DNA of 64,000 nt from Dicyema japonicum (lineage: Eukaryota > Animalia > Dicyemida), in contig RDEW01000033.1 of NCBI GenBank assembly GCA_011109175.1, positions 434,001 to 498,000 of the forward strand, written 5' to 3'. A program made the position numbers and the translations under genes. Shown here piece after piece: positions 50,180 to 61,100 of the stretch (position 1 is its first letter; each line of letters starts with the position of its first letter). The notes under the pieces are model-generated. The model had not been told where the DNA came from. It searched no databases and saw nothing but the letters and a program-made list of their open reading frames with translations.

Positions 50180-50217
50180 GGTCCCGAGATGAATCGGTTT
50201 AGAGGGGTTTGACTGTA
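50180..50217 (-). mobile_element. Solo pogo/Tigger-like terminus
   Basis: TA|CAGTCAAACCCCTCTAAACCG ending at 50215, abutting the SMC3 fragment. Confidence 0.5.
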
Positions 50218-52883
50218 CATACTATACTAATTTTTATTATAGAAGTAAATTTTCCATATTTTTGTTTAGCTCTTTTAAAAAGACCCTCATTTTTTGGGAA
50301 AACCTCAAAAGTGGGAATATTTGCCCATTTAAGGGTCAGAATGTATATCTAGATAGAGTCTCTAGAAGCTTGTTGACAATGAGAGTTTACGCCATTAATA
50401 AAACCTAGTCGGAATTGTTTTGAAGCTTGAATTGGTTCAGCCTAGAAAATGGATTTTTTTCGAAGGCTGGGTATTATTCTCTTAAGGAGGAGAATATATC
50501 TTAAGGACTCCGTATAAGTAGTCTAACATAATAGAGGATCTTCCAAGGGGGTAGAAAGGAAATAAAATGACCGCATTTGTAAAAAAGATCGGTATAGTGG
50601 TTGCAATAATCTCAGATCATATCTCAATTACCTGCCAAGCCTTTGTTGATGCAATTGTTCTATCTGGGGGTTATTAAATCCATCCACGAAAATCATGTAA
50701 GTTTGATATTTAAGTTGTAGTAGAATAAAACGCACGAAAGCTTGTCGGAATTCGGCATGCGGAAGGTACAATATGATGGAATACAGTTTAACTCATTCAA
50801 CAATTTTGAAAATAATGACAGGGAATAAGTTGAGGGTAGAAGAGGGATCGGAATGAACGGGTTTGATTTCAAAATACTAATTATCGAGGATTTTTAGAGA
50901 ATTGATATCATCGGAGGTAAATAGACCATTAAAGCGTAGATTTTTTAGAGAATGAATTGATGTACCACCCACATTTATTGCATTTGAATTCCTTGAGTTT
51001 ATGGTATGTTTTGACACGTAAGGCTGGGAGACACTGATTAGGTCTACATTTTCTGAGGACGAGTTCACCAAATAGTAGAGTTTTGGATTATTCTATTTTG
51101 CTGCTAATAATTTATATAAAACGTCAAATCAACAATTTTTAAAATCGTTTAATAATTTTTTTAGCAAATTTCTTTCCGCATGTAGATTGAAATATATTTT
51201 TTTAAATTCGCAAATATTATTATGGTCGTGAAAAGAAAACTGATTTTGTGTAAGCAATGGAATGTTGTTGTCTATTCTACAGACATTTTTAATAGTTTAA
51301 ATCACTCAACCTGAAAATAAACATCGTCGATACGTCTGATAGGGTTTTGTAAGTTATTCAGGATTGGAAGGATGGATTCCTTAGATATTGAATACACGTG
51401 TCCATAACAATAATCTGGAAATGTTGGATTTTGGTAATCAATATTCAAAACCTTGATTATAATCTTAAAGGATACCATTTAATTTGAGTAACTCTTATCG
51501 CTTCCATTCCACTATTAATCGCACAAAACATGAATGGACTTTTATCTATCGGCTTGTTAACCACATTTTGTTAGAAAAATAAAAAATAATTGTTAATGTT
51601 TAAAAATACGCGTCGTCAATTTTGGAACTCATAAAATGCCCATCTGAGTGCCCTTTCAACTTTTATGGTCACATTTCTATAGTTTTCATAAAAATTTTTA
51701 AAATAATATCATTGTTGATTTTTCGTTCGTTTTTTGTCCTTTTAATGTATTTCTCTCCTTATTTTGTCCCATAAAGAAGATGAGTTTAATTATTTTCATT
51801 ATCAAATTTTCATTCTTTCAAATCTCCCTCACTGCAATTCTTTTTTCCACGTGACTTAGCTCTAATGAATAAATTCAATTTTAACCGGAAATCACGGCGA
51901 ATAAAAACTTGTATTTTCGAAGATAAATGTACTTGTGTTTCCTCGGACAACGATAATAAGCGAGGTCAACTGAAAATGTAAAATATTAACTACAGTAAGC
52001 AATACTAAATATCCTTGCAATTTGAGTTTTCTAGAGTATACAAAATGCTCTTCAATTGTGTGGTGAGTTTTGTTACTAAATTATCGTGAAAGGAAACGTC
52101 AATTATTTCGGCGGGAATAGACTAGACTGTTGAAATAATGAACAAAAACTTGTCTCCGTATTCACAAATTAGAGTAGCGCGTGCCTCAGAGCTCTTTTCT
52201 GCACATCATTAGGCATTTATAGAACATGACTTCAACAATGATTACATCAATATTTGCAAGACAACCGGTGGAGATAAAAGATGGCAGTTCACACCTTCTC
52301 CTTCCACTTGAAGGAACGTGAGGCACATGGGAATAAACAACCGGGATTTTCCGAAAATAATCCCATGCCAAAAAATAGTGGCAAAAAATAATCAGCAATT
52401 CCTTCTTTTCTTTTTTTTTAATCTTGTTGGCCTACATGTGTTATTCGTCTACTTATCAGGTGATGTCTTATACATTCATTTTTAGGAAAGTTCATCTTCG
52501 AAACATACCACGAAGGGTGTTGGCGTTAAAGTCCCCGGAAACCAACAATTTTTCCACATTATCGAGGTCAGCCAAATCAACTGAAAATCCTTTGGCACAA
52601 AAGGTTGAGTGGAAAAATGTTAAAGTTTATTTACAATATTTTAATTAAAAAGCTAAATGTTTATGAAAATTGGACATTTATAGTTCATATGATTGCTTAT
52701 TTAGGTAAACGTTGATTTATCAAAACATTTTTTTTTATTATTTTATTATTTGAGCCAAAGAAACACCGTCTTAATATCAAAACATTTATGGTTTGTTTAT
52801 TTATCAAAATCAAGTTAACTTATTCCAAACTGCTAAAATGCGTCAATCATATATTTTGTGAATAATAATAAATTTATTTTGAC

Positions 52884-53278
52884 ATGGCATTGTTAGATTG
52901 CTACGAAAAACCACATTGCAAGGTTTGTGGAGAGAGGTCATCGGGGGTTCACTATGGAGTTGTAACTTGCGAAGGATGCAAAGTAACTAAATCATTATAA
53001 CTATAGAACTTTTACGGACGGTCTCAGATAGCAAATGCAACCTACAAATGTTTTCAATACATGTGTGGTCGACAAAAAAACAGAAATAATTGTCAACATT
53101 GTCGATACAAAAAATGTTTGGAATTGGGAATGTCCAGAAGTGCAATGTCCATTGATAATAATTACTTTTGACCTATCATTGTTATTATCTGATAGCTATG
53201 AAATTTGGGAGAATGCATAAGACAAAAGACAGAGTTGGGGATCAAATTGTGCCTGAATTGGTTATCAATATTGTCTGA
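52884..53278 (+). CDS. Nuclear hormone receptor, ROR/HR3 (NR1F)-like DNA-binding domain; no LBD found
   Basis: [22 protein letters not shown]|NFYGRSQ...[20 protein letters not shown]|..MKFGRM; 24-nt intron at 52983-53006 and a ~54-56-nt intron ending at 53195. Confidence 0.88.
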
Positions 53279-53449
53279 TAAAATAATTTAAAAGGACTTT
53301 TGTTTTGTAATAAATTTATAATTTTCAATAATCCTTAATAAGACATATTTGTATTATAACAACAGGCAAAATCTGAAAAAAATAATCCTGAATGACAGAT
53401 AAATATTCAGTATTCTCAATTCTTTGATATAGGGGACTAAATTACAGTC

Positions 53450-54530
53450 ATACCCTTTAAAGACAACGTGGTAGTGGTAGAGGACATAAAGTAAGAAAGC
53501 AGCTGATAGTTACAAGGCAGTTAATTACGGTAGTTTTTCAATGAGAAAGTCCATAGTAATTATTACAATACTGGACACCTGCAGATGTCCTGTCGGGAGC
53601 TTCGATTATTTGATAAACGACGTTAGAGTCTTCTGGGACCTCTACAGCTCAGACTTGCATAAATGTGTTCTCAACAAATGCAAAACAATGGGGGATGAAC
53701 ACATTCAGACTTGCAGGGAATGTGTTCTCAATTCTCTGAAACGACTGCTATAATGTTCTGTTGATTCATCATCCCCCATTGTTTTGCATGTGTACTCAAT
53801 TCAGTTATATGACGTTTCTGCTGTTCTTCTGATTCTTCATCCCGCATTTTTGTGCATGTATCCTCGATTGCCTTTAACGATTTTTTACCCACGTAGGCTA
53901 TCTCCCATTGTCCACCATCTCCTGGATCCATGGGATCTTGTATTAGTGCCTAAAATGATTAAGTAAAATTAACATTGAGGTCACGCCATTTGACAGGATA
54001 ATGTTTCAGAAACTCACTCACTTTTTTGGAAATGTTTTTGTTTGTTCAAAGTTCCCACTAACATGAATACACAATATACTACAAATCATCACAAATTTAT
54101 TTAATTCCAATTTTATCGACGGAAATTGCTTGTATATTTCATTAATGGGAGTATTGTGATTGAGAGTATTCGACAATAACAAGTTGACACGTGTATTTGG
54201 TTAGACAGTCTTGTAGTTTGTCATAATAATTTGTCAGCATTTCTGAGAGGTTTTCATTCATAGGTAGAGAGACCGCCATTGATGGAATGTCAGTGGAAGG
54301 AGTATGCTCACATAATATAACATCAGAGAGGTAATGAGACTGCTGTTGGTAAAACGAGGAAATAACAATTTGACTGTACGAATACATTAGTCTGTCAGCA
54401 TAGTTGGATTCAACAAACACTCTCAGTGAGTCTTCAGTCTAAAATTCAATAAATGTCATGAGTATTCCTTACCGAAACAGACTAAAACTTTTAATCTTCA
54501 ACCGATAATCCTTAGTGAGCAAGTTTTCCA
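53450..54530 (-). CDS. Orphan host gene with micro-introns, apparently frameshifted
   Basis: Stitched path ...NHNTPINEIYKQFPSIKLELNKFVMI|LGTLNKQKHFQKVSEFLKHYPVKWRDLN|ALIQDPMDPGDGGQWE... uses 25-nt and 24-nt GT-AG introns plus 1-nt corrections; no recognised family. Confidence 0.5.
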
Positions 54531-54739
54531 AGTCCACAAACCGTTTTATTTTAAATTATTTTTTTAATTTAATTTTACTATTTATTTTAAAAATATTTTA
54601 GACGGAATGACGTTTTTCCCATATTCACTAAAAAAATCATTAATCTAGGATGTCACCTTTTTGGATAGATTCTCCACTTCGCTCCTTCCAAGATCTGCTC
54701 GGAAGCTTGGATATTCAGCCAACTCAGCAGAATTGGTCA

Positions 54740-54960
54740 AGATCCAGAAATACTCGGCCATTGGAGAAACCGATTCACATTAGTGGCCATAGAAACGTCA
54801 GGAGTCGTAGGATCCCTCACTGCTGCTATTCTGAAAGAAATAGGAGGGAAACTAGCAAGCCGAAAAAAAGAACCCTGCGAATCGTTCTGGTCTAAGGCAA
54901 CGAGTCAGGATTGCCGGCAACGATTATCGATTTAAAGTCCTTAGGAGACTTGAAATAAGT
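54740..54960 (+). mobile_element. CRE-clade retrotransposon 3' fragment
   Basis: FTLVAIETSGVVG...LKEIGGKL...FW(L)RQRVRIA. Confidence 0.7.
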
Positions 54961-55030
54961 ATTTTATTATTGTATTTGTCAGAAGATTGTTTAAATAAGC
55001 AGTTTAAAAATCAAGATTTGATTGTTTTAA

Positions 55031-55158
55031 CCACGTGCGATCTCTCCCATTGTCACCCATCTCTGGGATTTCTGGAATCTTTTATTAGTGCCTAGAAATG
55101 ATTAAAGTGAATGTTATTAAAATTAACATTGAAGGTCACGCCACTTGACATGATATTG
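55031..55158 (-). pseudogene. Duplicated exon-intron-exon fragment of the orphan gene at 53889-54003
   Basis: YHVKWRDL|ALIKDSRNPRDG*QWE; intron retained but 36 nt instead of 24; GGA-to-TGA stop and a 1-nt indel. Confidence 0.75.
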
Positions 55159-55169
55159 ATCGATATTTT

Positions 55170-55490
55170 CAGATGACTTTCTTGCAAACGAGATGGGGCA
55201 GATGCTTGGTTGTAAGGTCCTCGTTATTCCTATAGTAATGACGTGGGAAGGAATTGCAACAAAGTACCACAAGGGTTGTCTGAATCAGTTGGGGGTAGAT
55301 AGGAAGCTCCAGTCCACTGTGCTAAAGCGGACCCTAGAGAGCCTGACACTGGGGTATAGGACAGAGCCCGAGATGCCATATGGGCAGAGGGTTAAATTGG
55401 ACAAGGCGCTCTCGGAGTTGTTTCAGCAACCAGAATCGAACCTGCCTGAGGAGGCTGGCGAACAGGCAGGCGAGGAAGGTTGTTGATTAT
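55170..55490 (+). mobile_element. RLE-type retrotransposon 3' fragment
   Basis: DFLANEMG..LGCKVLVIPIVMTWEGIATKYHK...QSTVLKRTLES. Confidence 0.8.
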
Positions 55491-55563
55491 TAAATATATT
55501 AACTTTTTTATTGTTGGTTAAATAAATATGTAATAAATTTAAATGTATGAAAAATGGTTGGAT

Positions 55564-56500
55564 ATGCAGGACTTGAAGTTTAATAAACCAAAATCAAATC
55601 AGACTGACAGCTTATTATCACAAAATATTGCCAATTACACTTCTGATGGAGTTATCAACTTTATTGAATCAGAATTCACTAGCATAAAATGAATGAACTA
55701 AAGTGGGACCTTGAGAGAGCAGAATATAATGTTATATGACAAATATACGTTTAGGCAAAAATAGCTTATTTGAAGGATTTATGTGAAAAGGACAAAAAGG
55801 TATTCCGAGAATTGGTCAATCGTATTAAAATTCTTGAAAATGCTTTGATTTCTGCTAATAATACCGACCCGACATTGTTCGAACGTAATTTTGCTCACTT
55901 TATAGACAATATGATTGATAACACTGATAATTCTAAATGGGGGATGAAAGAGATTTACTTAAGGGTTCTTAGTTTTCATTATATTTAGATATTTACAGGA
56001 AATAGGAGTTGATGACTTTTTAGTTAACTTACGGGATTCACATGCCTTACAGCATAAAGAGCTTACTGAGAACAATATTGACAAGATTGAAGAAAATACG
56101 AAAATTGATAATCTTGTTCTTCTAGAAGAGAATGCAACAAGTGAAGCAGAAATTGATGATAAATCCATAAACAGTTCCAATTCCCAAGATTCACATCACT
56201 ATGCTAATGAACATACTTCGCCGTCAAGCCAAACGTTTGGTGAAATCAAAAAATCCAATGTTTGCCTTTTATAGTAAATTTTAGCCAGATTTTCGCGCTG
56301 AAACTATTGAAATTTCTTATGGGTTTGTTATCATAATATAACTAAGTCATCTTCTGCCTGCGAGAGCTATTGCTTTCCACCCGAAACTCCCTCTATTAGC
56401 TACTGGATCAGACGATACCTTGTTAGACTCTGGTATTTGGATTTGGATGAAGAAAAGTATTATTTTTGAATAACTAAGTAACCTCCTTGTTCCAAGTCTC
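55564..56500 (+). CDS. STRN: Striatin (STRIPAK scaffold), N-terminal coiled coil to first WD40; frameshifted and cut off by a LINE
   Basis: YTSDGVINFIESEF...WDLERAE|AKIAYL...LVNRIKILENAL, YLQEIG and HLLPARAIAFHP.LPLLATGSDD; introns of 24, 24, 25, 24 and 22 nt; three 1-nt indels. Confidence 0.85.
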
Positions 56501-57610
56501 ATATGCGTTTATGAAGTGATGAGAGCTATCAGGGAATGCGAGGTCAATGCTCCAGGAAATGACCACATATCAATGAAACTTATCAAAGAGGGTCCGGATA
56601 TTTTACTTGACAATCTTTATGAAGGGTGTTTACGACTTGGCCACCTCCCTTAAATATGGAAGAAAGCTGCTGTGAGGATGATTCCAAAACCAGGGAAGCC
56701 AAAGAGAAATCCGGCAAGCTATAAACCAATTAACTTAATATGTTTTTTCGCGAAAGTGATTGAACGTATCATCTTTAAAAGGCTAACAGACATATAGAAG
56801 AGAATGACTTTCTGATTCCGGAGCAGTGGGGTTTTCGTCCCAGAAGAGGCTGTGTAGAATGTTTCTTTCTACTGAATTCTGAAATCATGAAAGCAAGGGA
56901 TTCCAATTCGGTATTGAGACCTAATTTGTTTAATATATTCATGGTGAGTTTTCCATATCCGTGGAAAATTAATACTTTTCTTATTTATGCGGATGACGTA
57001 ATCGTGGTGGACACATCTCTAAAATTTTCTATATCTGAAGGAAGAATCCGGGAGTATATTGACCAGATTGAGCATTGGTGCAATTTGAGAGGGCTAAAGC
57101 TCTCTGCTGAAAAATCATTCGCAGTCCGAATAAGCAATGTGAATACACACTGGGAGTAAACAATGCACACAGTCTGCGCTACCTGGGGATAGACTATGGA
57201 CACGCAGGAGATTACATTGACTACATAAAGGGGAGAAGAAAGAGAGCCTTTTAGTCGCTCTTATGTACACGGAAGTTACACCTACCTGTTGATCTTCAAG
57301 GGAGTTATTCTTCCTAGCCTACTTTAGAGGTGCGAGGGGTGGTTCTTCTCTTTGAAGAGGTTGAAAATCTTATCCCTTCTAGAGAAGACTAGGAGAGCTG
57401 CAAATAAGCTCTCCAAAAAACAAGAAACTGAAAGACTGTCTAAGCGAGGACGTAAACAAGCTCTTAAAACCGATTAGCAGGATTGTGGAGGATCGGATTA
57501 ATAGTTTCAGGAGGAGATTAAAGATCCAGGTTACGTATATACAGCTGGAAGAAACGTCTTGAAAAGAAATTAATAAAAAAAGGAGGAAGGGTCCAGGTGT
57601 GGAGTCCAAG
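56500..57610 (+). mobile_element. LINE RT fragment (same lineage as 37250-39760)
   Basis: APGNDHIS, SYKPINLIC, EQWGFR and YADD motifs. Confidence 0.85.
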
Positions 57611-57679
57611 TCTTATGGTAGGACTCAGATGTAATACTTTCCAGAAAACCCCTTACTCTTTTGTTATTAAATCGTTGTT

Positions 57680-58130
57680 ATTATTGATGACTTTTCTGTA
57701 GTTTTAAAATATTGATGTAAGCCATCGATGACTGAGGTAGTCCTTCCACTTCTAAACCCACTTTGACTTTGGGAAAGGTATTTTTCCAAGGCTCTCGTAT
57801 ACGGTTAAGCACTATGATCGATAATGGCTTCCTGATAGTTGACAGTAGAATAATAGGCCTTAATCCATCCAGAGATCCCTCTTTTTCACAGGTATTTGTA
57901 TCGGAATTAAAACTCCATGTCCTAATGGAAGTGAACAATATTGTTACTTTTCTCTTTGTGATCCAAGCGTCTCAATTTGATCGTTAAATTATTAGGTCTT
58001 TGTTTTTAGATAGAGCACCAGCAAGTTAGCTCACTCTCAGAAATTCTTTTGTTCGCATCGAGTCCTTAAGCTAATGGGTAAAGGAAGAGATCCTGAACTT
58101 TTTTTCGTTACATCGTAGGCGGTGGACCTG
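57680..58130 (-). mobile_element. RTE RT fragment
   Basis: LRPIILLSTIRKPLSIIVLNRI. Confidence 0.8.
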
Positions 58131-58144
58131 ACGAACTTATTTCA

Positions 58145-61100
58145 TTATTATTATTATTATAAGCAACTACATAGAATCATATAAACTATAATTCTATTCG
58201 TGCCGCGTCTGAACAATCCTCTTAATTAGCCTTTCCCATCTCCTCCTGTCCGATGCCAAGTGCCGCAGACTACTAAGGTCTTCACCGTCCTTTAGTGTCT
58301 GGTTACTGATCTCAGGTCACCATTAAGGACTTCCGGAAGAGTTATTCTTGGACGACCTCTGAACTTCTCCCCTGACGTATCGAAGTATTCTTCCATGACG
58401 ACGTTTGCTGGCGTGTCTTGTTCCAATCTGAGAATATGGCCAAACAATCTCCAGCGAGCCTTCATGATCATGGTGCTCAGAGGTCCGGAACCGCATCTTC
58501 TATATAAATTTTCACTCCCTACACGCATTGGCCACTTTAGTCCCAAGAGAGACCGAAGTTGCCTTCTGTGAAAGGAGTCAAGGTTTTGTTCGTCCGTTTT
58601 CGAAATTCCCCACGTCCCAGAGTTGTATGTTAGTATGGGCCTCACGAACGCCTCATACAACCTGAGTCGGAGTGATGGCCCGACCGAGCATTTTCTTATC
58701 CAACATTTCATAAGTTTTTGCATAGTAACCGTAGATAACAATTTTCTTCTTGCAATGTCTTCGGAGTCTCCGAGAAGAGAGCCAAGCTTTACGGTCTTCC
58801 TCCAACATTCACTATTGCGTAGTTCCATCCGCTTAATTTCAACAATATCCGTTTTCTGAACATTCAGTGATAGACACCATTTGGCCAAACAGCCTGATGC
58901 AACCTCCAAGAGACGTAAGAGTGCTTCTTTGTCAGTCGAGATAAAGTCAACATCATCGGCATACACGATCTCCATAATATCATTGTTGTAATACTTCCGG
59001 AGGTCTTGCAGAGCCGATTCAAGGTATATAGCAAACAATACTGGGGAAAGGGAATCTCCTTGGGGTGTGCCCACTGTTGAAATAATTTCCCGTGACAAAC
59101 ATTTTCCAATACGCACTCGTAACCTCGTGTTTGATAAGAGTATCCGTATCAGAATAACCGAGTCCTTATCCAGGAAACTTTCAAGCACTTCAATGAGTTT
59201 TCCCCGACGGACAGTGTCGAAAGCTCTGGTCAGATCAATTCCAAGGATAGTCTTTGAGCTCCGGAATCTTTGTTGAATAGCACATTGCCATCTATGGCAC
59301 CATACTACATCAGCCGTTGATCTCCCTGTCCTAAAACCACTCTGGCTCTGGGCCAAGTACCCGTCCACCGGCTCTTGGATCCGATTAAGAGTAATTAGGG
59401 CAAGGATCTTCCTTAAGGTGTTTAGAAGGATGACAGGGCGCAGGTTTTCAACTGGCCCAGGGGGTTTATTACCTTTTTGAACTGGTACTAGTATCCCCTT
59501 TCCAATTTCTGAAAAGTCCTTGTTTTCTATCATGTCATTCAGCAATTTTGAGAGTTTATCTGCAAGTTCTGGAGGGCCAAATTTTAGCAATTCAGATGGT
59601 ATATTATCTGGTCCTGGAGAGCGCCCAGATTTAAGTTTCCTTATCGCCATGCAAACCTCCTCCGGTGAAATGATCCGTTCAAGTGTTGTGTTCTTAGGCG
59701 TGAAATCTGATTTTTCTCCTTTTACAAAGAACAGTTGTTCAATATGCGATGCTATGAACTCTGTCTGTTCTGCAACATTTCCTATTGTTTTTCCATTTCT
59801 GTCATGCAAAATAAGTTTCACTGATTGGCTCTTCCTCCGTATTAGTCGTATAGCCATGAATGTCGCAGCATTGTCTTTAAGGTTTTCTACCTCTCTGATC
59901 TTGCTTTCCAACTGACTAGTGTGATGTAGTCTGTTTAGGAGTTTGATTTTTCTCTCAATTTGCCTTCGTTCTTGTTTCAGTTTGCAAACAGTCTGAGGAT
60001 CGACAGTATTTTCGGATCTAAGCCTTAAGTTCTTCTGCAAATTCAATAGGGCTGACACTTCCGGGTGACGCTGACTGCTATGGGGTTTAAGTTCCCCCAA
60101 ATGTTTGTCAGCAGCGGAAATGATCCCTCTCATAGTTTCGAGCCATGCCTTTCCTGGTGAAAGATCCGATGCCGTATTATTAATTGAATCCGATACACAT
60201 TCTTTATAGTCTGCTTGTACTTTTGGTGAAGAGCCCAAGAGTTCAGTCATATACCTTCTTGATCGCGTGGAATCTCCACCACGATGTGTTTGGAAGAAGC
60301 ATCTTCTATTAGTTATCCCGTAGAGGAACTCCTCCGCAGTTGGACCAAGTCTTAAGCTGAATCTTGCTGACACAATTTTGTGATCACTGTTAACAGTTAG
60401 TCCTCCATAAGATCTCGAGTCCCGTAAGAGAGATTTGTCTTTTACTCGACACAGAATATAATCGATCTGATTATAAATCCTTATCAGATTTCCGGTGGTC
60501 GATAGTCTAGTGCCCATCCACGTTGTCTTGTGGCGTGCGGAATGTTGGAATTGAGTATTGCACAGGAATAAATCAAAGGATTCGCAGAAATATGCCAGAG
60601 CAGTACCAGAATAGTTCCTGATCCCCCTTCCATGTGGTCCAATAAAACGTTCGTGTCCTTGATGTACCCCAGCTTTAGCATTCCAATCACCAGCGATAAA
60701 GAGGAACGATGAAAACTTCAGAGAAGATACGACCTCGACAAGTTCTTCGTAGAAAACGTCCAATTCCTCTGGGTTTTTGGAAACACGGCCACTATGTGGG
60801 GCGTACACGTTCACAATGGAAATTAGTTGCCTGGACTTCCCTTTGGGTCCAATAAGAAATTGAATAACACATATCCTGTCATCAATTTTCCAATATCGAT
60901 GTAATCTGGGGAGCAAATTCTTGTGAACAGCGAAACCCTGTCCATAGTGTTTACAGTACGATGGAAGGAGGATTAGTCTGTAGTCTCCAAGGTTTTCATC
61001 GAGTCCTTTTCTGAGCTTCGTCTCTTGGAGACAGCAAACAGAGCATCCATATTTTGCAAGGTCCAGACATAGTTGGTGCCTCTTCGACCAGTCATTAAGG

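Noticed and set aside
50330-51071. Possible minus-strand host gene (MVNSSSEN..., IFVDGFNNPQIEQ...)
   Set aside because: Coding-like, but scattered stops remain after plausible splicing and no family is recognisable; left uncalled.
53048-53095. Apparently shortened second zinc finger (C-X4-C-X8-C) in the nuclear receptor
   Set aside because: The alternative frame gives the canonical CVVDKK(N)RNNC, so compensating small deletions, one in an A7 run, produce the illusion.
53889-54003. Possible structured ncRNA or snoRNA duplicated at 55031, with an apparent covarying hairpin
   Set aside because: On the minus strand it is an exon, 24-nt intron and exon of a protein-coding gene; the second copy is a pseudogenic duplicate.
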